A DNA stretch of 64,000 nt from Octopus sinensis (lineage: Eukaryota), in NCBI RefSeq assembly GCF_006345805.1, contig NC_043002.1, forward strand, positions 45,012,001 through 45,076,000, in the 5' to 3' direction. The position numbers were made by a program, and so were the translations under genes. The notes beneath the pieces are model-generated. The model was not told the DNA's origin. It was given only the letters and a program-made list of their open reading frames with translations, and made no database searches. Below, piece by piece: positions 23,967 to 37,699 of this stretch. Every line of letters begins with the position of its first letter. The stretch's first letter is position 1.

Positions 23967-24298
23967 GTTCTTTCTCTTTCTTCTCTTCCCTACATGTGTG
24001 TGTTTTTGTGTACGTATGTCTATGCATTTGCGTATGCATATCTGCATAAACAGAATAAAAGAGAAAAAAGATATATTGGCAACAGATAGCATTTCATATT
24101 TTTTGATTGTCCTTCTATTTGATAAAATTTTATGAAAACAATTGAATTCAACAATAACTTTGCATATAAAACGAAATAATTTTTTCAATGTTTAATAACA
24201 AATTACAAATACATAAATATAAATATTTATTCTGTAACATTATTTTCTTTAATTGTCGCCGCTCATACTTTCTCTTTTATATATACTTTTTATATATA

Positions 24299-24490
24299 CT
24301 ATTGGGTCATCCTATAAATAATGCGGTTTTTTTAATACTTCTTTTATTTTTTAAAATTAAGTTAAACAAAGTTCTTTTTTAATCTAAAATATACTAAACT
24401 AATTATGAAATACGCATGTATGAAAAGAATCAATGGTTCTTCTCAAACCAAAGGCTAATAAAGTCAGTTTTCCGGATTCTACGGCGTATA
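24299..24490 (+). mobile_element. Possible mariner terminal fragment
   Basis: ta-ttgggtcatcctataa resembles the TIR tcaggtcatcccataag at 49331. Confidence 0.35.
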
Positions 24491-24517
24491 TATTCTAACC
24501 ACTGGGCCATTGTGCCC

Positions 24518-24574
<57 letters not shown>

Positions 24575-24578
<4 letters not shown>

Positions 24579-24867
24579 AATCACGTGACCGACCAGGCTA
24601 TTAGATGTTGCTACACATCGCTGGTCACAATGTTTTAGCCTTCAAATAACGCCACCCCACTGGCTAAGTGAGCAGGCCAACAGAAGAAAGAGTGAGAGAA
24701 ATTTGCGGCGAAAGAGTACAACAGGGATCGCCACTATCTCCTGCCGGAGGCTCGTGGAGCTTTAGGTGTTTTCCCTCAATAAACACTCACAATGCCCGGT
24801 GTGGGAATCGAAACCGCGATCCTACGACCGCGAGTCCGCTTCCCTAACCATTGGGCCATTGCGCCTC

Positions 24868-24868
<1 letters not shown>
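24575..24868 (-). mobile_element. SINE family D, tail type 2
   Basis: Head and core about 85-90% identical to 17040-17220, unrelated 3' part. Confidence 0.85.
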
Positions 24869-24902
<34 letters not shown>

Positions 24903-25538
24903 ATGTGTGTGTGTGTGTGTATGTATGTTATGTATGTACGTACGTATGCATGTATGTGTGTATGTATGTATGTATGTATGTATGTATGCACACACATACA
25001 TACACATACTTCACACATTCCTCAAACTTTATTTTAATCATTTCATTAACTTGTCCCACTGCTCAGCAGAGAAACAGTCTCCCCTAATATATTCTACTGA
25101 TTAGTCCACAGCAACAACAGCATCCGTTCAAGAATTTGGACCTGGAGATTTCCATTTCCAGCGACTTCGAGGGACAGCTTCCAGTGGTGTCGGGCGTTAA
25201 CGAAGGGTCCTCGACTACAACAAGACGATCACGGTCTGGGGTCTCCCGCCCCTAAGCCCTAGAACATCACCTAATCACCCTTAGTTGTCTTGTTGCTCAA
25301 CAACAACAGCAGCAACAGCAAAGACAATATCAAATGGTAGAAGAATAAAAATTTCAATAAGCATTCTCATTCCCTACCTACTTCACTTCATGCTAACCTT
25401 TATTTGCATCACCTAAGCTTATGATCCCATTCTTCAACCATTCTCGCCTGGGCTGGTGCTGCTATTGCCGCCGTCGAGTCATTTGAACTTCCATGTGTGT
25501 TTATATATATATGTATATATATATATATGCGCACGCGT

Positions 25539-25570
<32 letters not shown>

Positions 25571-25865
25571 GCACACACAAATATACACACACATGTATGT
25601 GTTAGTGTATATGTGTGCGCACGCAACAAAAGAAAGCGTGTAAGTCAAGTGGAAGAAACTTTCAACCTATTTTGTTTTTGAACTTCAAGCGTGGTGATAT
25701 CTCTTAATATATACTTATAAGTATATATTAAGCGTGGTGATATCTCTTAATACATGCTTATAAGTGTGTGTACATTTATATTAAGTGAGCCTTCTTACAG
25801 CAATACGTAATACTTGCAAATTTGTGTATCAAACTTTGAGGTAATATTACAAATTTGATGTGAAG

Positions 25866-26475
25866 AAGGTGAACTGGCAGAATTGTTACCGTGTCGGGCA
25901 AATTGCTTTAACTTTCTGAGTTCAAATTCTGGCGAAACCGACTTTGCCTTTAATCTCTTTCGGAGTCGGTAAAATAAGTACCAGTTCAGTACTGGGGTTG
26001 ATGTAATCGATTTACCCTCCCCACAAAATTGCTGGCCTTCTGCCAAAAGTTGAAACTAATATTACAAATTGATATGAATGGGATGAACTGGAAGAATCGT
26101 TACTGCACTGGGCAAAATTCTTATCGGCATGTCATCGGTCTTTACAGGATAAAAAGTAACGTCGACCTCGGTGGAATTTGAACTCAGAACATAAAGATAG
26201 TTGAAATGCTGCTAAGCAGTTTGCCTGTGAACAAAAGATTCTGCTAGCCCGCTGCCTTTGTTTTTGTTTGTTTGGTTTTTTTAACCCATGTTACGAATTC
26301 GCCCGGTATTTCTTCCATCTTTGCCTTCTGAGTTCCAGTTCCGCTGAGATCGACTCTGTCTTTAATCCTTTCGAAATCGATAAAATAAATACCAGTTAAG
26401 CACTGGAATCGGTGTATTCGACTTTTCCATCCCCACCGGAGATACTGGTTTTGTGCCAAACTTGGAAACCGATAT
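25866..26475. mobile_element. Cluster of SINE family C copies and fragments in both orientations
   Basis: ggtga(a/g)ctggcagaa..gttag, gagttcaaattc, gtcgataaaataagtaccag..actggggt.gat motifs repeated at 25866, 26078, 26150 (-), 26295. Confidence 0.85.
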
Positions 26476-26798
26476 CACAAATAGATATAATACAGTCAGA
26501 ATATTTAACATGCTATTTAAATAAATAACCTATTGTCACATAATATTTTTAATAAGTATCTTAAGAGTATAATACAATTCTTGAAACATTAACGTTTAAA
26601 TATAACAGATGGGAAATAAGTGATTCGAGGAAAACTCATTTACAGCAAATTAATAACTGTTTAAGTGAACAATCTTAAATAACACGAAATCAGGTGTTTG
26701 CTATAAATATTTGAATAATTTCTGGAATTCCTGTCAAAACTAATTATGAATACAAAGGATTTTTTCCCCAGATTTAAAAGCAATGACAAACTACATAC

Positions 26799-26880
26799 CT
26801 GTAAGAATAATAGTACACATGTTCCAGCATACCACCAACCTCGAGGTAGCATATGTCATGTTTACAGAAAGACTTGACAC
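26799..26880 (-). other. Candidate 82-bp internal exon
   Basis: attatttttag|GTGTC...TTACAG|gtatgt; two open frames (VKSFCKHDICYLEVGGMLEHVYYYSY or VSSLSVNMTYATSRLVVCWNMCTIILT). Confidence 0.3.
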
Positions 26881-27794
26881 CTAAAAATAATATTTTTGCC
26901 TGCTTTTGGTATCCAAGAAAGACTCGTCTGTCAAACAGTGACACATGAAGCTAAGGTAAAAACTTGTAGAGGCTTTTAATTAATGGTACATTCAAATAAC
27001 TTTGCAGAGTTACTGAAGCAATATTGGCATGCTAGTTTTGTTGGAGTACAAATATGAGGAAAGGAAATTGATGTATGATGACCTGTGTTTGAAGTTTAAC
27101 CAGTACTTCATCTGCTGTTTGAAACTTTCTTGGAAATATAGAAGCTCTTCGTCACTGCTCGTATAAAAACGTAAGTGATAGCTTTCATCAACTTTGATGT
27201 AATATGAATGAGTACCAAAGTGCACACTATATTCGAATTGTAACTATTTTCCAGAAACATGTGTCATATAATATGAAGGGGAAGACATTCACTGATATAT
27301 TATGAAATTGAAAAAATCAAGGTTAGTGAAACATTAGCATGATGGCGATCATGCTCGGTCTTTCAATAACTCCTTGTAAGATATTCAGAAAAATCAGAAA
27401 AGGAAATATCGATATTTTTGTGGTTGCCATTTATTTGAAATTCTGATGTGAAAGTTAAAAAAAATGATGATAAAGATAATAGATTGTTCCAATGCTAAAA
27501 AAAAAACGAGCCTATCAAATTGAAAGAAATGTATTATTGCAATCATTTATATGAAAACAGAAACAAACGAACATTAAAAAAATTACTCTATCAGTGGTTC
27601 TCAAACGTTGCATTGAGTATTTTTAGAAATATAATTTTCAAAGCTTTAGAAAATTCATATAAAGCTTCAACGACTTTAAAAAACCTGTTTTTTACAACTT
27701 TCTTACACAGCAGGGTGATTAATTAATCCTTGGTCTACCAGAGAAAATGTATGTCACTAATTATATAGTTTCAGTTATTAGACAGAGGCCACTG

Positions 27795-27935
27795 GTTGTC
27801 AACCTGTGTTGGTGTGTTTACTTCCCTGTAACTTAGCATAGATAAATACTGGGGTTAATTCACTCGTCTAAAAATACTTCAAGGTGGTGCCCCAGCATGG
27901 CCTCCATCTAATAACTGAAACAAATAAAAAAATAA
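27795..27935 (+). mobile_element. SINE family A 3' module, internally deleted
   Basis: gtgtttacttccctgtaacttagc...ggtggtgccccagcatggcc..aactgaaacaaataaaa. Confidence 0.7.
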
Positions 27936-28089
27936 AGTATGGTGGTTACATATACACAGACATGACAGAAGTAAATAGACACTATTATAATCATTAAAAT
28001 TTATTTAAATCTGAAATCATACATTCAAATTATTTATTAATTGTTATAATGTGAATATTTAATATTTAGTAGACATATCCTTTGCATTT

Positions 28090-29420
28090 TTCAATGCAAG
28101 GACCTTATTAAGCATGTTACTGATCAGATGACGAATATTCTCTTGCGGAATTTCTCGCCAAGTTTCAGGTAGTAATCTGGTTTTGAAGATGCTTTCTTGT
28201 TCTTTTTATGAAGTTTCCTGTCCATTATGTTCCAAAGGTGTTCAATGGGGTTCATGGGTTCATATCTGATGACTGGCTTGACCATGGAAGCTTTTTAATG
28301 CCATTCTCATCCAGCAAATCTTGTGTCATTTTAGCCGTATAACTAGGAGCCTTACTTTCCATAAAGAGTCTTCTTTAATCACTTCACCACTGGAGATGAT
28401 TGGAAGGAGTCCTTTCTACAATATGGACGCATGTTTATTTTAGTTTATGTTTCTCTCACACTCCACCAGCTCTGATCAACCATCGTTCCAAGTTGCTCCC
28501 CCGACCATCACAGAATAATTGCCATGTTTCGTTGTTGGCTGCACTCTTTTCACATCAAATTCTTGATCACTGAGTGTCTAGACCCACATTTGACCACTGT
28601 CGGGAAATGCAGCAATCTGGACTCATCAGAGAATATGACAGTGTCCCAAAATGCTAGTAACCTCTCCACCATCTCACTGGCCCAATCTTTTCTCCGTCTG
28701 ATGTTGGCTGGTCGAAGCGGTGGCCTCCTTTTTGCTGATCTGCCATAGTAACCATGTTTGTGAAGATACTTGACAGCTGTTCTGGGACTGACATCAACTT
28801 GTTCTGCTATGTCAGAGGCCTTGCAACGAGGATTATCCTCCACACTTCTCTTAACAAAAAGAAGAGTCCTGTCATAGGACCCTGGTTGATCTGGATAAGG
28901 CTGTGTGGGCTCTTCTCCATTCTAGTGAATTGTACAGAAGACCCTCTTCGGTCATGAATGACCATGGGATTGCACCTAGAAAGTTATCTCCGAGGCACAA
29001 GTCCGGGCAAGGTTGTTTGTGGAAGGCCAGCAGTCGCCCATGGATACCGGCCTCTCCTCTTCACACCACTGATATTATCCAAGGGAAAGACAAAGGCCGA
29101 TACAGTGTGGCACCAGTGATGTATTTCATTTCTACAGCTGAGTTAACTGGAGCAACGTAAAATAAAGTGTCTTACTCAAGAACACAACAATCAGCCCGGT
29201 CCAGGAATCGAACTCACAAACTCACCATCGTAAGCATGACGCTTTAACCACTGAGCCATATACAATTACTCTATTAACTGTAGAAAGCGGGATCTCATGG
29301 TTTTCTGCGATTTTACACTGACTATGTCTACCTTCAGAATGACCCACAATACGGCCTCTTTGAAATTCAGACAGTTCCAAGGCTTCTTTTGCACATGGCA
29401 TGATTAAACACCTGAAACAT
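28090..29420 (-). mobile_element. Tc1-like (DD34E-type) transposase relic interrupted by a SINE
   Basis: [20 protein letters not shown]-terminus (29270-29400), then NPRCKASDIAEQVDVSPRTAVKYLHKHGYYGRSAKRRP and WDTVIFSDES (28550-28850). Confidence 0.85.
28940..29260 (-). mobile_element. tRNA-derived SINE family E (Meta-like core)
   Basis: ggctcagtggttaaagcg..gttcgattcctgga head; ttgtgttcttgagtaagacac core; about 85% identical to 31920-32248. Confidence 0.85.
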
Positions 29421-29518
29421 GAAGATGTCAATTAATGAAAAATATACACCTTTACAAATTAGAATAAACATAAAACAATGGTTTATGTTTCTTTACTTCT
29501 GTCATGGCTGTGTATATA

Positions 29519-29680
29519 GATGGGCTACTTTCAGTTTCCGTCTACAAAATACAATCGCAAGGCTTTGGTCTTCCCGAGGCTATAGTAGAAGACACTTGCC
29601 CAAGATTCCACGCAATGGGACTGAACCCAGAGTTATGCGGTTGGGAAGAGCAAGCTTCTTACAACACGGCCACGTCTGCG
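29519..29680 (-). mobile_element. SINE family A 5' module
   Basis: Family match as above. Confidence 0.85.
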
Positions 29681-31919
29681 TCGGGACGCAATTTCATTTT
29701 ATATTCATTAAAATGTTAAAACAATATAATGTAGTATGACTTTTGTTTGCCTACAATGCAAAACTTCTCATAAAGGAACTATTCCATTCAGTTACGGAGA
29801 GTTGAACTAAAATTATACAGCAGTAGAAACACTCCGCCAGCCTTCATTGTATTAAGTCTGAAATATTCATCTTCAGTAGATTTTTTTTTACAGCTAATAT
29901 GACTTAGCAATATTGTATTTAAATCTAGGTTTTTAAAAAAAGTGTATTAAGAGTTCCTATACAGATTTTAACTTTTCAGTTGGTCACTTGAAGACTTAAC
30001 ACAGACAAATACAGGCAATCTGTCCGAGAGGAGTCGATGACGTCCAATATGAAATTTTGAGAACCATACATCAAACCTGAATCGATCAGTGGTTCTCAAA
30101 CCACATCCTTTTATTTTCACTTTAGTTTCTGTTGCTTTGCTGAGGACCAGCAGATAACTGTGATTAGAATATCTAGCAGCTGTGTTTTTCTCTATTCCGT
30201 GGAGGTTTCAGGAAAGTTCGATTTCCTTATTAGGATGGTGTTTCTTTCTCTCCTTATGTTTTTGACCTGTCTTGAGTACCTCACTATGAACGCATGCCGT
30301 TTTATTATATTTTTTTTGTATTCTTTTCTACTTGCTTGCAATATATTGCCCACGCAACCGATCTTTACAACATGGTGGATAATACTTGGGCGCGATATAC
30401 CATTGATCGACCGGCATATATTTATTCCACAACTGCTATCTCGATCATTCAATTCCCGAGTTGGCTTACTCATCCTGGCGGGAAGCCTGTCGTATGAATA
30501 TGCATAGCTTACACTTGATGCTGTATAATTGTGAATAGATGCAACATTGTCATCATTTTCATATTTCTGTAAAACGATAATCATTAAACCGTTCGTTATG
30601 GAAAATTTTTTAAGTCTTTCTAACAATCTTCTCATATTAGTTATAGATTAGTTGAGTAAATTATTAAATTTGCTTTAAAGTTAACTTTTCTTGCTTCATT
30701 CCATTAACATATAATCTCGTTAAGATAGTCTGCGATAAGTTATGCTGCTTTTATAAACAAAACAAACAGCTACTTTTCTTTTCTTAACTCTATCGATGCA
30801 TATGCACGAGTACCATCGCATTGGAATAAGAATCAAGAGATCCTTTCTTTTTAGTTTTCATACTATTAAACAGAAAGCCTCAATAAGCTTCAAGCTAATC
30901 CCATACATATGGTATTAGTCTATCCTAAGCTATTGTGGAAGCGCCTTACACAATGCGTAGCACAGTATGATCAAACCTGAAATCACATGTTTGCAGAGAG
31001 GTTTTCTTGACCAAATAGTCATGCGTGCACCCTTGTCATTCCTGATTTAAAGAATCTCACCATATTTATATCGCAAATGTTGCATCACAATCCCTAATGC
31101 ATTCGAATAATATAGGAGAGACTAGTTTCCAACTGACTCTCTGAATCTGGACGCAATACATTAAGGGAAAATGAAAATTTTATTGTCATCTTACAACACA
31201 TTAACCTAGCATATTAGAGAGCACCACTTCAGTTCTGCATATATTAATTACTGATACAACGCCCAAAATATATGTTTCAGCTGATGTGATCCTACTACCT
31301 TTTCCATAGTTATAAGCAATGTAAGTATTATGAATTAGCATGGAAAAACAACCACTCAGGATGGTGAAATTTGTTCATGTGACGGTGAAATTTCACTGCA
31401 TGGTGCTTTACGCCACACGATATAAAATATGAATAATGCTTTGTTATTGTTACATAATTGCAACATCAGTGGTGGGGTTAATCACTGTTTTTCTGTATCA
31501 ATAACAAGAGATTTTGACTTAGCGCGCAGTTGCCAGTGGATACTTGCTACTGACTAAGCCCAAGGAGGCAGAAAATAGCATTTAGCAATACTACCACTGC
31601 TGCAGGATGATTTTTGCCTGGTACAGGTATAGCTTTGTTTTTTGACACTGTAAATCTGTAAGAGATCCCAGCTCGGGACGAAAACCGCAGTTAATTAGGT
31701 TTTTCATGTTGCATCTGCTTTAAGTATGATACACAGATTGTTATTGATAATATCTTTTCTCTTTAAAGTGTTTTTCTACACTCTGCAAAATAACACAAAA
31801 TTTATAATACAGACGTATAATCAATTGAATGATTATGCTGGTATTTACTTTATCAAGTTGATTACACCATCATTTGAACTTTAGAACATCATTACTCTTT
31901 AGATTGAATCATTCCACTT

Positions 31920-32248
31920 TCTTACTGCTGCTGAGACCCCCTTCGATTCGGTCATGACTGACCATCGGATTGCACCCAGAAAGTTACCCTCCCAGGCACA
32001 TGTCCGAGTAATGTCGCCCATGCATACCAGCCTCCCCCTCTCCACGCCACCAGTGTTATCCAAGGGAAAAAGGCCGATACAGCTTGGCACCAGTGACGTC
32101 GCAACTCATTTCTACAGCTGAGTGAACTGGAGCAAAGTGAAATAAAGTGTCTTGCTCAAGAACACAATACGCAGCCCTGTTCGGGATTCGAACTCACAAC
32201 CTCATGATCGTAAGCCCGGCGCTCTAACCACTGAGCCATGTGCCTTCA
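31920..32248 (-). mobile_element. SINE family E
   Basis: Second copy of 28940-29260. Confidence 0.88.
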
Positions 32249-32639
32249 CTCCGCTTTCTTATAGGTTTAATATTTATAACGTTTACATAGTAAATTAATG
32301 TTTCTTTTTAGATAGCTTATGAAGTATTTAAATTTCCATTTACCAGTCCCATGCATCATTGAAATAAAATAATCCTTATCTGTGGCTTTTGTTTTATTTA
32401 GGAACTAGCTTATTGTAAATAATAGCGAAACAGAAATACATTAGAAAATCCTTTCACAATTCTGCTATATGTATGCTACAATCTGTATATACTTGCGTAT
32501 TTATGTATATGCTTGTCCCTGATTACGAGGTACCTAAATAGATAAAACAAAGTACCAATCAAGTTGTGCGATCGATGTAATTGACTTGCTCTCTCCCTTC
32601 AACATTCTCAGCTTTGTCTCAAAAATAGAAAGAACTTAG

Positions 32640-32896
32640 ACGGTGAGCTGGCAGAATTGTTAAGGCGTCGGAGAAAATGCTTAGCATCATTTGTTTCGGC
32701 TCTTTACGGTCTAATTTCTTTTCACGCCGGTCAACTCTGCCTTTCAGGCTCTCGGGGTCGATAAAATAAATTATCAGTCTAGTATTGAAGTCAAGTATAA
32801 TCGACTAACCCCATCCCTGAAACTGCTGGACTCATACCAAAATTTGAAGCCATTAGTGATAGCAGCATCTGCAACAGTAGTAGTAGTAGTAGTAGC

Positions 32897-32956
<60 letters not shown>

Positions 32957-32957
32957 T
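32640..32957 (+). mobile_element. SINE family C followed by (AGT)n
   Basis: ggtgagctggcagaattgttaag head through ccaaaatttgaagcc tail. Confidence 0.8.
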
Positions 32958-33325
32958 CTGGTGGTGGTAGTGTGTAGTTTGTCCGTCGATGCGACGAAGA
33001 CCATCTAGTCATCCTGGGGGTGGGGGATGGGCTTGTTTCGTGAGTTTGTAGATGGCTAATGAGGCCAATCTGCACCCGAAAGAGTCTTTGACAGTGTGAA
33101 CAGGGAATGGTAGCGCCTGCTACAGGGTTATTAGCTCTGTTCTTCCTGGCTTGTCTGCGGTCTTCTGCAGCAGCGATCCTATTGGTTTCGCATGTATTGG
33201 CACCCTTGTGGACAGCTGATCGCCACCCTTCTCTGTTTAGAGCAGACTGCTCCCAACTGTCATGGACGATGTTGAAGGCTTTCAGTGAGGCTTTCAATGT
33301 GTGATAGTACGCTCTTTGCCACAAT
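32958..33325 (-). mobile_element. RTE (BovB-like) LINE 3' end
   Basis: TLKASLKAFNI..SWEQSALNREGWRSAVHKG..E..R...AEDRRQARK and C2H2 IPCSHCQRLFRVQIGLISHLQTH. Confidence 0.9.
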
Positions 33326-34519
33326 GCAGGATGTAAAATATGTATAGATTGTTGGTAACACTATATGTATAAACAGACGTAAATACGATGTCATGCAATA
33401 TATCTTCGTGATCATAAAAGTGGGCTTTCCACCAGCCAATACATACAGCACTGGCGAAAAAAACCACTTGATATATACTGTAGTGCTGCATAACGCACAA
33501 GTACACATATGCAAAATACATACATACATAAATATGTGCATATATACACACACATACATACACACATGCATACATGGATACATACGTCCGTGTGTGTGCA
33601 TGTATGTCTGCGTGTGTCTGTGTATGTGTCCGTATGTGTGCGTGTATATGCATGTGTGAACACAGAGGTAAGCAATATCTACCTTGTATTTAGTCAGAGG
33701 AAGTCATCCGCCACCGGTCGCTTGACCTTCCAGAAATAACAGTGAAAACATTTAAATCGCACTCCACCTCAATAAAGAGAATGTAACTTTAGAGAAATTA
33801 GACCCAGAGACTTCTAACTAGGCGGGATAGTCTTGCTGCATTAGCTTAACCATTCGATGATGCCTCGTCCACTTGACCCAATAAACTATTAATGATTGCA
33901 ATTATTTTAATGGATTACACCCACAAGCGACAAAGGAAATTGGTCGTGAATTTAGTTGTTTAGAATACGAATATTATATTAATGATCTCATTAGTTCAAC
34001 AACCGCTTAGTATACTTTTTATAGTGGCTTCTTACTAGTGGCAAGAATCAATATTTTAAGGTGAAGCGGGTTAGGAAGTAATTACATCTACGATTTCTGG
34101 AAGGAAATAAGCGACGCACTTCAAATGTAATACGTTCGACCGGAAACCGAGATTTTGGTCTTGTTTCGCTCCAAGTCATTCTTAAACCAGGAAACATATC
34201 ACTAAACAATTCTACAACGACTAACGTCTCTTCTAAGTATGTGTGTGTGTGCGCGCGCGTGTGTGTGTATGTGTGTGTGTGTGTGTGTGCCCTGTATTAC
34301 ATTAGCTAATGTGTCTATTTAAAGATAATAGACTGTAATTTGTGAAAATTTTCCTTCCAATTTCAAACAGGTTAAACAGCCATACCCGGGTGGTCCCTTC
34401 GTTGGCCCACTGCCTCTCGGTGCTCGTTATAATAAATATATCTATATTTTATTTCCATCACGTAAATTTAACATTTAGCTGAAGTAGTCATTCGTATGAA
34501 TTTAGTAATGTATTATCTT

Positions 34520-34717
34520 TTATCTTTTATGTCTTACTCGTTTCATTCATTAGACTGCAGCCATGCAGGGGCAGCACCCTGAAGAATTTTTGTCGAACGA
34601 ATAGCACCCTGTACTTATTTTATCGGTCTCTTTTGCCAAGCCGGGAATGTAAACGCACCAACACTAGTTGTCAAGCAGCGATGGGAAACAAACCCGGACA
34701 CAAAGACACAAACACAG

Positions 34718-34816
<99 letters not shown>

Positions 34817-35002
34817 GCGCAGAAGTGGCTATGTAGCAAGAAGCTTGCTTCCCAATCACATGCTCCTGGGTTCAGTCTTAATGCGTGGCACCTTGGGCAA
34901 GTGTCTCCTACTATAGACCCGGGCCGACCGAAGCCTTGTAAGTGGATTTAGTAGACGGAAACTAAAAGAAGCCCGTCATGTATATATATATGTATATATA
35001 TG

Positions 35003-35041
<39 letters not shown>

Positions 35042-35200
35042 TTACGTCCCCGTAACTTAGTGGTTCGGCAAAAGAGACCGGCAGAATAAGTACTAGGCTT
35101 ACAAAGAATAAGTCCTGGGTTCTATTTGTTCGACTAGAAGCGGTGCTCCAGCATGGCCGCAGTCAAATGACTGAAACAAATAAAAGAATATATACATACA

Positions 35201-35233
<33 letters not shown>

Positions 35234-35372
35234 GACGGGCATCTTTCAGTTTCGCCAACTAAATCCATCCACAAGGCCTTGGTTGGCCTGAGACTATAAG
35301 AGATGCCACACAGTGGGACTGAACTCGAAACCATGTTGTTGGGAAACAAATTTCTTACCAAGCAGCCACTAC
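34520..35372. mobile_element. SINE family A cluster (34520-34720 -, intact 34816-35190 +, 35232-35372 -)
   Basis: Intact copy shows 5' module, TA/TG microsatellite and 3' module. Confidence 0.85.
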
Positions 35373-36411
35373 TGTGGCTATTAGTCATGAATGTATTTAT
35401 TCATGAATGTATTTTTGCAAATAACTCGTAATTTATCTGAAAAAATCTATAAAGCTATATAAATTATAAAAACAATGAATGCCAAATTAATTTAATTATA
35501 GGTGTATATATGTATGTGCATCGATTTGGTGTGTGTGTGTATGTTTGAATCAAAAGAATTTTTAAGTCTCTAGGCTGAATAATGTATATGTACATAGCTA
35601 TCACTCGGCAAAGTATAACGCTGAATAAACAACTAGAATTGTAATGTGCAGCTCGATAACCTTGATTGCTTTCCAATCACACCTTTGTTTTAAAAAGATC
35701 TAATTAGATAATGTAATCCGAGATAGCTTATTGATAAAGAGATTGGATGGAACACTTTTGATTGAAGGTCTGTTCGATCTGGAATTAATTAAGTCAAAAA
35801 GGAGATTTTGAGACACCTGTCCCTATTATTGTTCTGTAATGCGGAGTAGGTTTTCCTGGCCATTATTTCGTGCGAACACTAGGCCATATGGTATGTTATA
35901 TTTTGGAGACTTCCGGAAATAATAGACAATGGACGCTACTAAATTATTTTGATGTTATTAGCAAAAGCACACAAGTGAAACCGAAGATCTATTGAAACTA
36001 ATGAGGGGCAAAACTTCCTAGCAAGACATGGTGAAATGAATCTTAGTTGCGGTCGCCTAAAGGGAGCCCACGTTAGTCTTGGAAAAGAAAACACATGACC
36101 AAAATGATCCACAAATGACCATCATGACCTTTTGAATATGTGTACCCTTCATCACATTATCCAATCACTCTATTCTGAAGATTGTAGCGCGTACTTAGCG
36201 AGAATTTTTTTTTTTTTTTTTGCTACTTCTAGCAGATCAAACAACTATGTAGAAATAGTTCCTTCCTTGGCTCACAGCATCGAAAACTATCTGGGAGAAT
36301 ATTGGTTATTCTATGATGTTCGTGTAATACATGTAATTGAGCGCACACACACATACATACATACATACATACATACATACATACATACATACATACATAC
36401 ATACATACATA

Positions 36412-36845
36412 CAGCAGATGTTAACATAAAGCTGAAGATCAGTGAAAAAGAGAACACCTATGCTGAACTATGGAGATATACATAGTTACTCTATCCAGAT
36501 TACAAGTTCAGGTTTATACCTGTAATTATTGGGGTCCTGGGATATGTAACACACTGCCTAAATACCAATCTTGAGAAACTGGGCTTCTCAAAACCTGAAA
36601 GGAGAAAGCTAATTCGAAGACTATAGATCCGATCCATCGCAGGAACTGTAAAAATCTGTAAAGCTTTCCAGAAGTTTATCATTTAAATATATATGAGCAT
36701 GTCTAGATATGCAAAAAAATATGCACATACAGGCACATACAGGCCCTGTTGTTGATGTTGAAACTCCAATGAAGGAGACTTGGATCTAGGTTAGAAACGG
36801 GTTCTTACTCTATTGGCAAGAAATCTTGAAATAAACTGAATAATG
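36412..36845 (+). mobile_element. RLE-type (R4/Dong-like) LINE 3' end, (TACA)n-associated
   Basis: DVNIKLKISEKENTYAEL..YPDYKFRFIPVIIGVLG..KICKAFQKFII*; the 3' UTR recurs inverted at 50750-51040. Confidence 0.7.
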
Positions 36846-36859
36846 ACATACATACATAT

Positions 36860-36906
<47 letters not shown>

Positions 36907-37699
36907 ACATATCTGGGCAAACTAGTACGTTAAATTTCTGTATCAAATATTTTCTCTCCGTAAACTATATTTTGATATACAGTAAATTATTCTTAACGGG
37001 AAAGTAGAAAGTAGATGAAGCTATAAATAAAGGGTGCACAATATCGGCTTAAAAATCCCTTGGATGGAAAAAAGCTGAAGACTACTCTTGAGACACGAAC
37101 CCACGTCTTCAATAAAATAACAAACTTTCTATTATACCAAGGAACACATCGAATTTTCACCTTTTATACTACTTATACATCATGAAAAATTTAGAAACTA
37201 CCTGAGATATTAGGTATATAATTTTTAACGGTGAAACTCGAAGTAGATAAAGCTATAATTACGTATAGAATACTGGAATAAAATCATTCTTCGGTAGAAA
37301 GAAAACGGGAGCCTCCCGCGTGATTCAAACTCTCATTTCCTGTAAACTCGCAGTGAAGCAACACTACAAATTTTAATTCATACATTAAGAATTCATCTAT
37401 TTCATTCATTCATTCATTTAGAAGCTCTATTCTTAGATTGCTTTGAAGTTGTTTTTACATTATAATAATTTAGAAGCTACGAGAGATTTGAAGTAAAGGG
37501 TTGTTTTTTTTTCTTTTTAAACGGTGACACACGATACAAGGACAGCCTTCTACATTCTTAACGCCCAGGTTTTTTTCATCCAATATTCTGCACGTTATTA
37601 TTTATAGCGTTATCTACTAGTCAAAAAATTATTTACTTCATGTAAAATCGAGTGAAAATTCTTACTTACAAAACCAAATCTTGTAAATCCCTGGTTCTC

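Noticed and set aside
30192-30635. 147-aa minus-strand ORF
   Set aside because: No recognisable domain and no splice or start support. Shifted frames weakly resemble a Tc1-like HTH N-terminus, so it is probably a decayed transposon.
37074-37105. ctgaagactactcttgagacacgaac
   Set aside because: CUGAAGA is present but there is no GAAA, no stem II closing and no stem I partner.
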